Shown: positions 1-10,269 of the stretch, one piece after another | How the letters are laid out: each line of letters starts with the position of its first letter | How positions within the stretch are numbered: position 1 is the first letter of the stretch | Source: Candidatus Atabeyarchaeum deiterrae | GTDB taxonomy: Archaea > Asgardarchaeota > Atabeyarchaeia > Atabeyarchaeales > Atabeyarchaeaceae | Direction of reading: 5' to 3' | DNA length: 64,000 nt | NCBI GenBank assembly: GCA_037310415.1 | Contig: CP147780.1 | Location: forward strand, 576,001 to 640,000 | Made by a program: the position numbers and the translations under genes | The notes under the pieces: generated by a model | Seen by the model: only the letters and a program-made list of their open reading frames with translations | Told to the model about the DNA's origin: nothing | Database searches by the model: none

Positions 1-339
1 ATTGAGAATGGCTTCACCCAGATCTCCGATCAATACGGTTACTCGCAGTTCCAAAGTCTGACGTCGACGATCGATTCAGGGATTTTCATGGTGTTGAACG
101 GTACGGGTCAGCAGACCTACCAAGGAGACGTCTACGTTCCTCAGCATGTAACGATAAACTCGTCAATAATAGACCATGGAGTTTGGTACCATTTCAACTC
201 TGGTTCCATCGACACAACCGTGTTCAGGGAATACCCAATAGGTGTGGCAATAAGCTTCAACTACATGCCAGGCTGGTATCGGGTCAGAATAGTTATGGAG
301 AATAGCTCGCTCATTACTGTCAGCTTCTTTTTCCCGTAA
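1..339 (+). CDS. Hypothetical protein, 5'-truncated by the window edge (possibly a surface or pilin-like protein)
   Basis: Frame is open from base 1 to TAA at 337-339; beta-rich Asn/Ser/Thr-rich sequence. Confidence 0.5.
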   Translation: MENGFTQISDQYGYSQFQSLTSTIDSGIFMVLNGTGQQTYQGDVYVPQHVTINSSIIDHGVWYHFNSGSIDTTVFREYPIGVAISFNYMPGWYRVRIVMENSSLITVSFFFP

Positions 340-607
340 AGTCGACAACCCTCCGGTGCGAATGTGCAGAGCCTTCTTCACATGATCTGTTTGTTCCAAG
401 GTATGCTCTTCTTGATAACTGGCATTTATCGTAATTTTTTAATGGTTACTGTATCCATATATTCAGACGGTTACTAATCATTGGAGACGGAGGAAGTTGA
501 GGCTAGAGTTTCGTCTTGATTTGGAATTGACAAGCGATAGCTCTATTTCTTAGTGTGATACGGTTGAACGTGTGTTAGTCGTAAGAAGTCAGTAGGGTGG
601 GTCAGTT

Positions 608-1774
608 ATACCAACAAATCTGTCACCTCAGTGTTTAGCTGCTAGAAAGAGGTACTTCTATGCTGAGACTCTCAGTGACAAAATAGAGTCTTTGAGAGAG
701 TACATCTCCCTAGTTCCAAAGCATAAGGGAACTGAAAGACTGCTGAAGCAGCTGAGGTCAAAACTCTCAAAACTTGAGGAGGAGTCACAGAAGCGCCGTT
801 ACACCAGGAAAGGCTCGACTGCGGCCAGTCTTTTTCACATCAAGAAGGGGGGGTCTGGTCAGGTGGCTCTCGTGGGATTGACTACTTCGGGCCGTTCATC
901 ATTGTTAAGGTGGTTGACTAACGCCAAGCCAGAGGTATCTCCTTATCAGTTCAAGACCAGAAGTCCAGTGCCTGGTATGATGTCTTATGAAGATGTTCAA
1001 ATACAGTTGGTCGAGATTCCAGCTCTTTATGAAGACGTAAGCTCGGGTAAGGGTTTGGGACCGCAGATCATTGGAGCAATCAGGAATGCGGATGCAGTTG
1101 TTCTAGTAATTGATCTCTCAAGAGATGCAGTCCTGCAAGTAGACTTGACGCTCAGGGAGCTTTTGAATTCGGGTATACGTTTGAACCAGCAACCTCCGAA
1201 AGTTGACATTCAGAGAACAGGAAGTGGTGGGGTTCAGATTTTTGGTACCTCATTATACACAGATAGCATAGATGAGTTGAAGGAGATCTTGTTCAAATAC
1301 TCGCACAACCTCACTTTGCGTCTCTATCAACCTACGACGAGAAAGGAGATACTTGATGTCGTAGACCCACGTATAATGTATAAGAAAGCTATGATTGTGG
1401 CTACGAAGGGTGATATCGCTAGTTCGTCGCAGAATTATGAAACCTTGAAAGAGAATTATGGCAACAGATTCCCAGTTATTCCTGTTTCAGTTGAGAAGGA
1501 CAAGGGAAAGGATGAGTTGAAAGCTGAGATATTCAGAGTTTTGGAGATCATAAGAGTGTATACTAAGGAACCGAGAGAGAAGCCTTCCGAGAGCCCAGTG
1601 ATCCTGAAAAAGGATGCAACAATATCTCTCTTGGCGCAGAAGCTACCGAGGATATTTCAGAAACAATTCAAGTATGCAAAGGTGATTGGTCCATCAGCCA
1701 AATTCGACGTAGAGTATGTTGGAGTGAATCATGTGCTTATGGACAAAGATGTAGTTCAGATTTACCTGACTTGA
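608..1774 (+). CDS. DRG/OBG-family GTP-binding protein with C-terminal TGS domain
   Basis: PKHKGTE motif, G1 GLTTSGRS, G4 TKGD, TGS-like C-terminus. The conserved (M)PTNL N-terminus begins at ATA 608, just after an in-frame TAG at 593-595. Confidence 0.9.
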   Translation: MPTNLSPQCLAARKRYFYAETLSDKIESLREYISLVPKHKGTERLLKQLRSKLSKLEEESQKRRYTRKGSTAASLFHIKKGGSGQVALVGLTTSGRSSLLRWLTNAKPEVSPYQFKTRSPVPGMMSYEDVQIQLVEIPALYEDVSSGKGLGPQIIGAIRNADAVVLVIDLSRDAVLQVDLTLRELLNSGIRLNQQPPKVDIQRTGSGGVQIFGTSLYTDSIDELKEILFKYSHNLTLRLYQPTTRKEILDVVDPRIMYKKAMIVATKGDIASSSQNYETLKENYGNRFPVIPVSVEKDKGKDELKAEIFRVLEIIRVYTKEPREKPSESPVILKKDATISLLAQKLPRIFQKQFKYAKVIGPSAKFDVEYVGVNHVLMDKDVVQIYLT

Positions 1775-1933
1775 TAATAGGATAGCGTCAAATCGTTTCA
1801 TGAAATGATGGGTAGAGGAATGCTGGGATAGCGAGCGGATCGAGGCTGCTTTGCTTCTAGCTTAAATCCCTGAATACAGGTATGTAGAGGAAGACTGTAG
1901 TTTGGAGCTAGTCTAAGGAGAGGAGCTATCACA

Positions 1934-2545
1934 ATGATTCTGTCAGATCGGGATATAAAGAAACTCTTGCAGACGGGTGATCTTGTGATTGAGCCGCTGG
2001 ATCCTGAGACCCAGATACAGCCATCGTCGGTCGACTTGAGATTGGGTGACACGTTCAGGTTGTTCAAGCCTTCGGAGAAGGCTTACATAGATCCGATAAA
2101 CGATAGGGACCTAGAAAAGTACACTGAAGTCATTAAGGTTGAAGAGGGGAAACCATTCATCCTTCATCCCTTTGAGTTTGTCTTGGCATCAACAATTGAG
2201 AGAGTGAAGTTGCCCGACTATCTCGTAGGGAGACTTGAGGGGCGTTCTAGTCTCGGCAGAATTGCCGTGGTCATTCATGCTACGGCTGGATTTGTAGATA
2301 GTTGTTTTGACGGTCATCTTACACTTGAGATGTCGAATGTTGGAAAACTTCCGGTCGCGCTTTACCCTGGGCAGAGAATTTGTCAAGTGGTCTTTGAAAA
2401 GTTGTCATCACCATCAGAGAGACCCTACGGACACCCAGACAGGGAATCAAAATACCAACACCAGCAGGGACCTGAGCCCAGTAGAATATACAGGGATAAA
2501 GAATTGCAGAAAAGGGGCAAGTCGGCGAAGCAACAAAACTCTTAA
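1934..2545 (+). CDS. dcd: dCTP deaminase
   Basis: MILSDRDI, IQPSSVDLRLG, GRSSLGR, AGFVD, LEMSN, RICQ motifs; GGAGG ribosome-binding site. Confidence 0.95.
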   Translation: MILSDRDIKKLLQTGDLVIEPLDPETQIQPSSVDLRLGDTFRLFKPSEKAYIDPINDRDLEKYTEVIKVEEGKPFILHPFEFVLASTIERVKLPDYLVGRLEGRSSLGRIAVVIHATAGFVDSCFDGHLTLEMSNVGKLPVALYPGQRICQVVFEKLSSPSERPYGHPDRESKYQHQQGPEPSRIYRDKELQKRGKSAKQQNS

Positions 2546-2626
2546 ATAACGCAGAACTCATCTAACTCCACGCAACACCGCTTCAATGTAGACTCGCAAG
2601 TGAAACATGAAATGGGTGACTGAGAC

Positions 2627-3139
2627 ATGCCACAACGTCCAGGAAGATGCTACAGAGACATAACCCAGCAGTCATATACTAGGAAGGAATACATACGAGG
2701 AGGACCGCAGTCAAAGATTACCATATTCACAATGGGAAACAAGAGTGCCCCGAAAGAAGAATATCCTGTGCAGATTACACTGTATGCGAAGGAAGCTGCG
2801 CAGATTAGGCATAATGCCCTTGAAGCGGCAAGACAGGCAGCGAATAAGTACCTCTCCAAGAAAATCGGAAAGGACGACTTTCAGCTAACTGTCAGGGTGT
2901 TCCCACACCATATCCTAAGAGAAAACAAGATGATGGCGTTCGCAGGGGCTGACAGGCTGCAGGATGGAATGAAACAGTCATTTGGAAAGGCCATAGGCAG
3001 CGCTGCAAGAGTCCACCCCAAGCAAGCGTTGATCACTATTCGCGTCAAACATGAAACGGTTGAGATTGCCAGAGACGCCTTGCGGAGAGCCGCAATGAAG
3101 CTACCTACGCCCTGTAGAACTGAGTTTGATTCAGAATAG
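2627..3139 (+). CDS. rpl10e: 50S ribosomal protein uL16 (L10e)
   Basis: RPGRCYR, QIRHNALEAAR, RENKMMAFAGADRLQDGM motifs. Confidence 0.97.
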   Translation: MPQRPGRCYRDITQQSYTRKEYIRGGPQSKITIFTMGNKSAPKEEYPVQITLYAKEAAQIRHNALEAARQAANKYLSKKIGKDDFQLTVRVFPHHILRENKMMAFAGADRLQDGMKQSFGKAIGSAARVHPKQALITIRVKHETVEIARDALRRAAMKLPTPCRTEFDSE

Positions 3140-3295
3140 TCTATTTCCCGAGTTTGCTTTTTGTATTCTCTGTCTCAGCAGCAATGGGTTGGCGCTCCTT
3201 GTTCTCTAATGTCCAGTGTTTATGCTATTGATTATTAAGTATCGTAACTATCATAGAGAAAGCGTCGAGTCTAACGGTAAAAGGAGAGAAGAGAA

Positions 3296-3802
3296 TTGGA
3301 TGAGATTCCAGAGATAGATTCGGAAGCGCTTTTAGATTTGGCAACTTATGCTTTTCTCAGACTAGATGGAGCGTGGTTCATTGCGGCAGCGGAAAAGTAT
3401 GGAGTTGGTGCAGCGACAGATTTAGATGTTAGGGCGTGGGAAACTTTTTCCGAAAGGTTGGCGAAGAGGATTGTGTCAAAGCTGCATCTACAAGGTGAAT
3501 TCTGCCAAGTGCTACCCGTGGTGGCCAGAGTGCAGCAAAGGCTAATGAAGATCAAAGGTGAGGTTTCGTGTATTGATGAGAACAGAGCCATCTTCAGGGT
3601 TAATGATTGTGAAGTCTGGAAAATGGTCAGCAAAGTCTGGACTCGTGAAACAGCGCCTTGCTACAAGGTCACCCAAGCGAGCGTTCGCGGGATGTTAAAA
3701 GGCGCGTTCCCAGGAACAGATTTTACCATAAGCCACAATAAGAAGATCCCGTTGGGAGACTCATGCTGTGAGGTCGAAATAGTCAAAAAGGACTCCAAAT
3801 GA
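3296..3802 (+). CDS. DUF6125/V4R-like domain protein
   Basis: LDGAWF motif, FRVNDC and GDSCCEVEI C-terminus typical of V4R-like small-ligand-binding folds. Confidence 0.6.
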   Translation: MDEIPEIDSEALLDLATYAFLRLDGAWFIAAAEKYGVGAATDLDVRAWETFSERLAKRIVSKLHLQGEFCQVLPVVARVQQRLMKIKGEVSCIDENRAIFRVNDCEVWKMVSKVWTRETAPCYKVTQASVRGMLKGAFPGTDFTISHNKKIPLGDSCCEVEIVKKDSK

Positions 3803-3836
3803 GTTATTGAGACTGAACCTTGTATTCTGAGGGACC

Positions 3837-4382
3837 CTATGGATATTCGATGGTTTTTCCACAGTTTGAGCAGAATCTTGCACCAGGTTCTAGTGAGGTG
3901 CCGCATTCGTCGCAGTACATGGCTACGTTTTGCTCATCTTCGGGGGTTGCTGGAGCCTGTTGTGCTGGACCTGCTTCTTGGAGCGCGTCCTCGATCATCT
4001 GTAGTGTGGATTCTCCATCATCGACCCCAATTCTCAGTATCTTGATTTTACCTTGGTCCCAATATTCGATGACGATTATTGTTCCTGTGAATACCTTTAC
4101 GAAGCCTGCTCCCGGGAATCTTACCTTCTCCACACGATTCATCTCATTGAGTTGAATTGAGGAGACTTTGTACTGGTGCTGTTTCTCGGCAAGCAGTATT
4201 ATTCTGCGATTAGTCAAAATCAGGTGTGATTCGCTGAATGGCGTGGCTGGAACCACTGGCGGATCAACGAGCCTCAATCCAGTTCTCTTTATTAGACGCT
4301 CTCCCGGGTCTAGTGTAATTCCGCCAGGTAGCATTGCCAAATCACCGACGGTTAAGTAACACCTCATAGTATTTAAGGGCAT
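3837..4382 (-). CDS. PH-like domain protein with C-terminal zinc ribbon
   Basis: LILTNRRII (PH/GRAM-like); CDECG...FCSNCG. Confidence 0.65.
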   Translation of the reverse strand: MPLNTMRCYLTVGDLAMLPGGITLDPGERLIKRTGLRLVDPPVVPATPFSESHLILTNRRIILLAEKQHQYKVSSIQLNEMNRVEKVRFPGAGFVKVFTGTIIVIEYWDQGKIKILRIGVDDGESTLQMIEDALQEAGPAQQAPATPEDEQNVAMYCDECGTSLEPGARFCSNCGKTIEYP

Positions 4383-4435
4383 AGAATGAAGGCATTTAAT
4401 GAGACGGGGTATCTCTTAACACCAACGCAGGGTGG

Positions 4436-5125
4436 ATGTCTCAGGTGTCTAACAAGGAGCCCAGCGGCGATTCGATAGAAGTCAAGTGGGGAAATCGAGA
4501 CCACCCTTTGTTCGAAGATCTAACTAACGCAACAAGAGATGCCATGGACAAACGCATATCGAGTAACTTCATTGGTGAGAGAGGGGGAAAGGGATTCAAC
4601 CAGAATGATAGGTTACATCTTGAATTCATTAAGGTGCCCAGCGGTAAGGAACTTGAGGAGTGGGAAATGCACTCACGTCACAAAGAAGTGAAGATAAAGG
4701 CATTTGTGGAGATAAGCGCTCAGATTATCAGGGTTAACTCGGTCGAGGATATTGTGATCCAAGATGGCATGTTACTCATTAAGGGTTCCGAACAACAGAA
4801 ACGCAATTCGACTTTATTTTGTTTTCCCAAAAGTGGCGGAATTGCTTACGAGTTGTATGACGTGTCCCCAAGTGAAAGAGTGGACGCGGGTCAGCTCAAG
4901 TTTACCTTCAAGCTTGATATTGACAGAATGAAAGAGACTGGGCATGGCATATTAAGTGAAGACGAAGCTAAGCCTGAAGCGATATTCCGAGTCGACCCCA
5001 TTAAGTCTGGGGAAGTTGACTCCATGGTTTTTGAAGAAAGTGTTCTGATCTATACGAAGACATCTGGGGGAGTTTTGTTGATTGACGCCTTTCCGTCAGA
5101 GACCCAGAGGGCAAACTATAGTTAG
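4436..5125 (+). CDS. Hypothetical protein, tandem paralog 1
   Basis: Aligns by eye with 5251..5964 (FIGERGGKG...HLEF, LFCFP...AYELY). Confidence 0.7.
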   Translation: MSQVSNKEPSGDSIEVKWGNRDHPLFEDLTNATRDAMDKRISSNFIGERGGKGFNQNDRLHLEFIKVPSGKELEEWEMHSRHKEVKIKAFVEISAQIIRVNSVEDIVIQDGMLLIKGSEQQKRNSTLFCFPKSGGIAYELYDVSPSERVDAGQLKFTFKLDIDRMKETGHGILSEDEAKPEAIFRVDPIKSGEVDSMVFEESVLIYTKTSGGVLLIDAFPSETQRANYS

Positions 5126-5250
5126 AGACGGAACTCCGAATAAAGGGATTTAGGAGCTGAGGGGCGTACATAGTAGAAAACTGAATAAGAATGAACGATA
5201 TCAGTATCCAGTAGTAATCTGTGGCCTTGGCATGGTTGATGGATTAGGGT

Positions 5251-5964
5251 GTGCCAAGTGTAACAAAGGGGATATGTGAATTGACTAAAAAGGCGCCAAA
5301 TGGACCTCGGTTGGATATTGATTGGAAGAATCGAGATGATTCTAGGTTCGAGTATCTTACTCCTGATGTAAGGGACTCCATGAACGCGCGTATTTTCAAT
5401 GGTTTCATTGGAGAGAAAGGCGGAAGAGGCTGGAACATTAACAATTACATGCATCTAGAGTTTAGCAAATTGCCTTCCACTAAAGAAACTGAGGCGTGGG
5501 AGCACCGTACGCGTTTTCGGTCTGTTGTTGCAAAGGCGCTTGTCGAGATTGACACCGTTCAGGTGAGGGTAATCTACGTTGATTTTGCCGAGGATAAGAA
5601 AGAGTCGCTTGTGGTTGGAGGCTCAAAAGATCAGGGTTGGCAGTTCACGTTGTACTGTTTTCCGAGTAATTTCAAAGTTGCGTATGAACTGTATGAAGGA
5701 TCTCCTTTTCAGAGGGTAGGCCCTAATCTTGTGACATTTGCCTCAAAGGAGCAGATTGAGAAGAGGAGAGGCCGCTTTGAAATGGTTAATGAGGACAAGT
5801 CGAAGATGGAGGCGACTTTCAAGATAAAACCAGTTTCTTCGGGAGAGGTTGCCTCAATTGTCTTTCGTGACGACGTATTGGTTTATTCTAAGTCGCCTAA
5901 GGATGTTCTGGAAATCGATGCTCATGCGACTGACAACCAGATAAAAACCTACAAGGACCCATGA
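5251..5964 (+). CDS. Hypothetical protein, tandem paralog 2
   Basis: FIGEKGGRG...HLEF, LYCFP...AYELY shared with the upstream ORF. Confidence 0.7.
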   Translation: MPSVTKGICELTKKAPNGPRLDIDWKNRDDSRFEYLTPDVRDSMNARIFNGFIGEKGGRGWNINNYMHLEFSKLPSTKETEAWEHRTRFRSVVAKALVEIDTVQVRVIYVDFAEDKKESLVVGGSKDQGWQFTLYCFPSNFKVAYELYEGSPFQRVGPNLVTFASKEQIEKRRGRFEMVNEDKSKMEATFKIKPVSSGEVASIVFRDDVLVYSKSPKDVLEIDAHATDNQIKTYKDP

Positions 5965-6169
5965 CAGTCTGGTGAGGCATTTACTCCGCTCTTATCTTTC
6001 ATGACTGTCAATGTAGTCGGACAAGTCCCCTCTTGTCTCAGTTCTGCACGTTTATAAGAACAATCTTTAAAAGTTAGATTGGCGAATAGTTCATAGCAAG
6101 GTAAGAGTTTCCTTTTGTGAAAACGATAACTCTCGAAGTCACACGGTGGGAAGAGAGGGGTAACGATGC

Positions 6170-6622
6170 TTGAGTCGCAGAACTGCGGAGAATAGTGGCT
6201 CAACTAAAAGAATTGTCGCTAACATAGTTGGTGCAGCGCTCGCTATTATTGGAGTAATTCTTTTTGGAGTTGGCTTTGTTAATTTTGCACAGGCGGGAAT
6301 GGCAGCCGTTCAGGGAGTCGGCCTTGGCGGCTCATTCGGTATGCCAAGTGAGGTTATGAATGCGTTTTCCACTGTGGCTATCGGCATGGCTCTAATGATC
6401 CCTGGATTCTTAATTCTCTACCTCGTTAACATCCGGAGGATCTTTGGGTTCTATGCTAGTGCCGCGACCCCAGCAATCAAGACTGCAGTCAAGGCGGCTG
6501 CTGAGGAGCTAAGAGAAGAAGGCGTCACGTCAGGCGGAAGAGTAAGAATCAGATGTCGAGATTGCGGTGCCCTCAACGACGAGGACGATGATTACTGCGG
6601 CAAATGCGGGAGAAGGCTTTAG
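6170..6622 (+). CDS. Membrane protein with C-terminal zinc ribbon
   Basis: Two hydrophobic helices; CRDCG...YCGKCG. Confidence 0.7.
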   Translation: MSRRTAENSGSTKRIVANIVGAALAIIGVILFGVGFVNFAQAGMAAVQGVGLGGSFGMPSEVMNAFSTVAIGMALMIPGFLILYLVNIRRIFGFYASAATPAIKTAVKAAAEELREEGVTSGGRVRIRCRDCGALNDEDDDYCGKCGRRL

Positions 6623-6667
6623 AATCGACTCAGACATAGTTAATCAATGGAGCCTGATTCCTAGCAG

Positions 6668-6850
6668 TTCTGATTATCTCAGTCGGGACTCCGCTGGCTG
6701 TATCGAATAAGTTTGTGATGCAGATGACAATCAAGAACTTGCTATATATCTGCACTGGTAATGTCTTTCGAAGTCCTGTTGTCGCAGAGATGACGAAGAG
6801 ACTCTTTGGAGAACTGGATGTAAAGGTCGAATCGGCGGCGATCCTTGACA
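6668..6850 (+). pseudogene. Truncated, diverged duplicate of the upstream region and 5' end of the LMW phosphatase gene
   Basis: Encodes MTIKNLLYICTGNVFRSPVVAEMTKRLFGELDVKVESAAIL; similar at nucleotide level to 8021-8205, then similarity stops. Confidence 0.85.
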
Positions 6851-7062
6851 CTCCGAGCTATTCCCAATTTGCTCTTTATCATAAGCGATTCTAAGAACCC
6901 GACTCCTCATCGCGCCTGCGATAGTTCTTCTTAAGTTTCCTATTGCCAGAGAAACCATCCTCGACAACCATTTCTCTTCTCCTTTCGCAGTGAATATATG
7001 CTTGTCTTGCCGTATGTTATTGATGAGGCTTCGGGCAAGTATGCGAGGAGGGTCTAACGGCT

Positions 7063-8028
7063 TTGGGTAGAGAGGTTCTAGCCACTGCGTTTCAAGTTAT
7101 TATGGTCGTTTTGGCGTTAGCTTTGCAGATAGTTGGTGTTTTCATTCTTCCATTCCATTTGGTTCCTTTCAGTTTTTTCGAAACCATCTATGGCTATGAT
7201 TCCCCGTTGGTGCTGCTGCCTTTCCTCATTGCATTCGTTCTGACAGTCACATCAGTGATTATCAAGATTATAAACCTGAAGAAGAAGATCCGGATCAATG
7301 ATGCAGCAATTCTTGCTTACTCGACTGTTCTGTCCTTGCTGCCAGCATGGGTTGTCTTGTGGGCATCGCAGACGGAGTGGCACACAGATCTCATGTATGT
7401 ATACAATCCTCAAATGAGCCTTTTGTCAGGATTCTATGTTTACTCAGCCGGATGCATCTTACTTCTTGCCTCTCAGGCACTGGCACCATTTCTCGCAGTC
7501 GGCCATCTTTCGGCGTCAGATGAAATCTCGAGATGGATTGCAGGGAACAGAGCGAACATTATTGGTGCGATACTCCTGATGTCAGCTGGTCCGCTGTCCT
7601 TGGTAGCAAATCCTGCTTCCCCTGTTTACTCAATAGGATCTTTCTACCCAGATTCTTTGCTTCTTACTGCCGTTTTTCCCCTTCTTGTATCGGTCACCTG
7701 GCTGGCGGTAGCAGTTGCAGCAGATATCTTCATGTGCATTCATTCAAGAAGACACTTGAAGGATTCCCAAGGGTTCAAGCCGCGCCAGTTGATTCCTTGG
7801 ATGTTGCTTTTAATGATAATCCCAGTTTCTAGACAGTACTACCTTGACTTGCCCTTCTGGCAACTGATTACTTTAGTCTCCTACCAAAGTGCTATCTGGA
7901 TTTTCATTGTTGGACAATTTTCCACGATGGTGGTCGCTCCTGTTTTCGTAGGCATACTCTTCGCGATTGATACGAAAGTCCTCAGATCGAAGACACTGGA
8001 AGGACCAAGAGTGGCGAAGCGTTCGTGA
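7063..8028 (+). CDS. Multi-pass membrane hypothetical protein
   Basis: About 8 hydrophobic segments; GGAGG ribosome-binding site upstream. Confidence 0.65.
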   Translation: MGREVLATAFQVIMVVLALALQIVGVFILPFHLVPFSFFETIYGYDSPLVLLPFLIAFVLTVTSVIIKIINLKKKIRINDAAILAYSTVLSLLPAWVVLWASQTEWHTDLMYVYNPQMSLLSGFYVYSAGCILLLASQALAPFLAVGHLSASDEISRWIAGNRANIIGAILLMSAGPLSLVANPASPVYSIGSFYPDSLLLTAVFPLLVSVTWLAVAVAADIFMCIHSRRHLKDSQGFKPRQLIPWMLLLMIIPVSRQYYLDLPFWQLITLVSYQSAIWIFIVGQFSTMVVAPVFVGILFAIDTKVLRSKTLEGPRVAKRS

Positions 8029-8561
8029 TGTTCTCAGTTGAAACTACGCCGGGTGTATTAGGCAAGTTTGTGATGCAAATGGCGATCAGAAACGTGCTAT
8101 ATATCTGCACTGGGAATGTTTTTCGAAGTCCTGTTGCTTCAGAGATGACGAAGAAACTTTTTGGAGGCTTGGGCATAATGGTCGAATCGGCGGGGATTCT
8201 TGAATACGGTGGAGCGCCTCTTCCTGAGAGAATAATTGCTATGGCAAGAGGGTATGGTATTGATTTATCTGAACACAGACCAAGACGGGTGAATACGAGG
8301 CTAGTTGAAGCAGCTGACCTGATTTTGGTCTTCGATGGCAACCAAGTCGGGCAGTTGATAGCGGAATACCCTCAGGCAAGAAACAAGACCTATGCCATTA
8401 AGGATTACGCAGGTTGCCACGATGGTAGGGACATGGAGGATCTTTGGAATAAACCCGTTGAAGTTTTCCAGAGGTTCATAAATGAACTGAAGATCTACGT
8501 GGAAAGATGCGTGAGCAGAATTAGGCTACAGTCGAGCCCCGCAAAGAATGGGATATCCTAA
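8025..8561 (+). CDS. Low-molecular-weight protein tyrosine phosphatase / ArsC family (true start probably ATG near 8073-8079)
   Basis: CTGNVFRS (Cx5R P-loop), VESAG, ADLILV. Confidence 0.88.
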   Translation: MMFSVETTPGVLGKFVMQMAIRNVLYICTGNVFRSPVASEMTKKLFGGLGIMVESAGILEYGGAPLPERIIAMARGYGIDLSEHRPRRVNTRLVEAADLILVFDGNQVGQLIAEYPQARNKTYAIKDYAGCHDGRDMEDLWNKPVEVFQRFINELKIYVERCVSRIRLQSSPAKNGIS

Positions 8562-8748
8562 TCGGCGAAAGAAGATGATTAGTATTAGTAAGCCGACTAT
8601 CGATTAATCTGATCGATGTAGAATGTCCTCTCGTCTTTTTTTCGGATCCTCTTGTTGTTTTGGAAACTGTTATATCGCACTTCCTCGAGAACAAGATAAC
8701 ACCTATCCTATATTGGAAGAGTTGTGAGAGAAAGAGGGAATTTGACCG

Positions 8749-9504
8749 ATGGTTTACACAGGTTTGCATGGATTGATCGGTCTAGGGGTATCTTGGTGGA
8801 CATCTAAGAAGAAACCTTTGAACATAAGTCCCTCAGGGATCGCGAAGCTTGCCTACGTAATTGGCTGTATGATCCCCGACTTGGATCTTCTTGGGTCAAT
8901 CTTTTTCGTTGTTACTGGGCAGGGACTTGCGGCAGCGACCTCGGTTCACAGAACATACTCGCATAGCTTGATCACGATAGGCATCATAATTCTCTTGGGA
9001 ATTATCATAGGGCGACTTGGCAAGGGTAAGGGTAAATACCAATCGATCCTCGTAGGACTTGGGCTCGGCATGCTTACGCACGACCTTTTCGACTTGCCTT
9101 ACATGGTAGGGGTCTCTCTATTTTGGCCACTGCCAATTGGCACATATATCGCTGACCAAGGAACCTACAGAATTGGCTTGTTCTGGGATCTGCCTGGTGG
9201 GCTTGCCAACTTCAACAGCGCACTTGATTTCCTCTTCGCAGGTCTGTTCTTCTATGCATTGTATGTTCTGGTGCGTCGAGTCAACAAAGAGAATAAAGGT
9301 CTACTTTTGAAGATTCTTATCATACTATCGTTTGCGATCTTCATTGGGCTGGGAGCATGGGGGCTTATGGTTCCGGCAAACGCTTCTACGTTTCTATTGA
9401 TCTACGCGCTTGCAGGGTTGCCTTACCTGTTGCTTATGATCTATATTCCTTACAGGTACAGGAGAGGGATATACGCGATCGGAGAAACAGGCAAGAAAAG
9501 GTAG
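8749..9504 (+). CDS. Membrane-bound metal-dependent hydrolase (YdjM-like)
   Basis: H...PDLD...HRTYSHS...H..D motif set plus transmembrane helices. Confidence 0.85.
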   Translation: MVYTGLHGLIGLGVSWWTSKKKPLNISPSGIAKLAYVIGCMIPDLDLLGSIFFVVTGQGLAAATSVHRTYSHSLITIGIIILLGIIIGRLGKGKGKYQSILVGLGLGMLTHDLFDLPYMVGVSLFWPLPIGTYIADQGTYRIGLFWDLPGGLANFNSALDFLFAGLFFYALYVLVRRVNKENKGLLLKILIILSFAIFIGLGAWGLMVPANASTFLLIYALAGLPYLLLMIYIPYRYRRGIYAIGETGKKR

Positions 9505-9597
9505 CATATCTTTTCCCACCTTTTTTTCATTAAACCGGCAAAGTGTACCGACATAATAGGCGACCCAACGCGCCGGAGATTCTGGGTTTTAGCGACT

Positions 9598-10269
9598 CTA
9601 CGTTCCACTGGCTTTTGACAACCGCAGTTTAATGACGACTCCCCTATCCTCTATATTTCGCTTAGAGAAACCTATCTCAGACGATGAAAGAACCTCTTCA
9701 ACTTCATTGAGATACATCGAAGAATGAGCTCTCACAATGTTCAACAACAGAAAAGACATGAAGCGGCCATATCTTGCTTTCAATTGTGCGTTTACCTCTC
9801 TTGTTGTATCACGCCTGAATTCGTAGATCCACGCTTCGCCACCTTTCTTGAGGACGCGATTATCCTCTTTGAGACATTTGGTTGGTTTTAGCCAATGATG
9901 CATGCTGAGGGTGCTTATTACAAGGTCGAAGTAATCATCCTCAAAGGGGAGATTTGCGGCGTCGCCGATCCGAAATTTGACGCGTTGGGCAACTCCCATG
10001 GTCTCGGCGTTTCTGGTGGCCATCTCGATCATGGCTGGGGAAAGATCTATGCCCACAATCTCCAAGTGCTTTGATCGCTTGGCTATCTGCAGCGGAAGAT
10101 AACCAGGTCCTGTTCCCACATCCAATATTCTTCCAGAAGAGATTCTGCTTGTAACTTCATCAGCTACATTCTTGTGAAAGTCTTTTAGGAAGGGGGCTTT
10201 TCTGGCAACTAGAGCATAGAATCCGCTTGCAAAATCAGGAATACGTTCGATCTTCAGTAGTTTGCTCAT
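9598..10269 (-). CDS. Class I SAM-dependent methyltransferase
   Basis: ILDVGTGPG, GIDLS, GDAANLPF, FDLVIS motifs; start trimmed to MSKLLK. Confidence 0.9.
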   Translation of the reverse strand: MSKLLKIERIPDFASGFYALVARKAPFLKDFHKNVADEVTSRISSGRILDVGTGPGYLPLQIAKRSKHLEIVGIDLSPAMIEMATRNAETMGVAQRVKFRIGDAANLPFEDDYFDLVISTLSMHHWLKPTKCLKEDNRVLKKGGEAWIYEFRRDTTREVNAQLKARYGRFMSFLLLNIVRAHSSMYLNEVEEVLSSSEIGFSKRNIEDRGVVIKLRLSKASGT

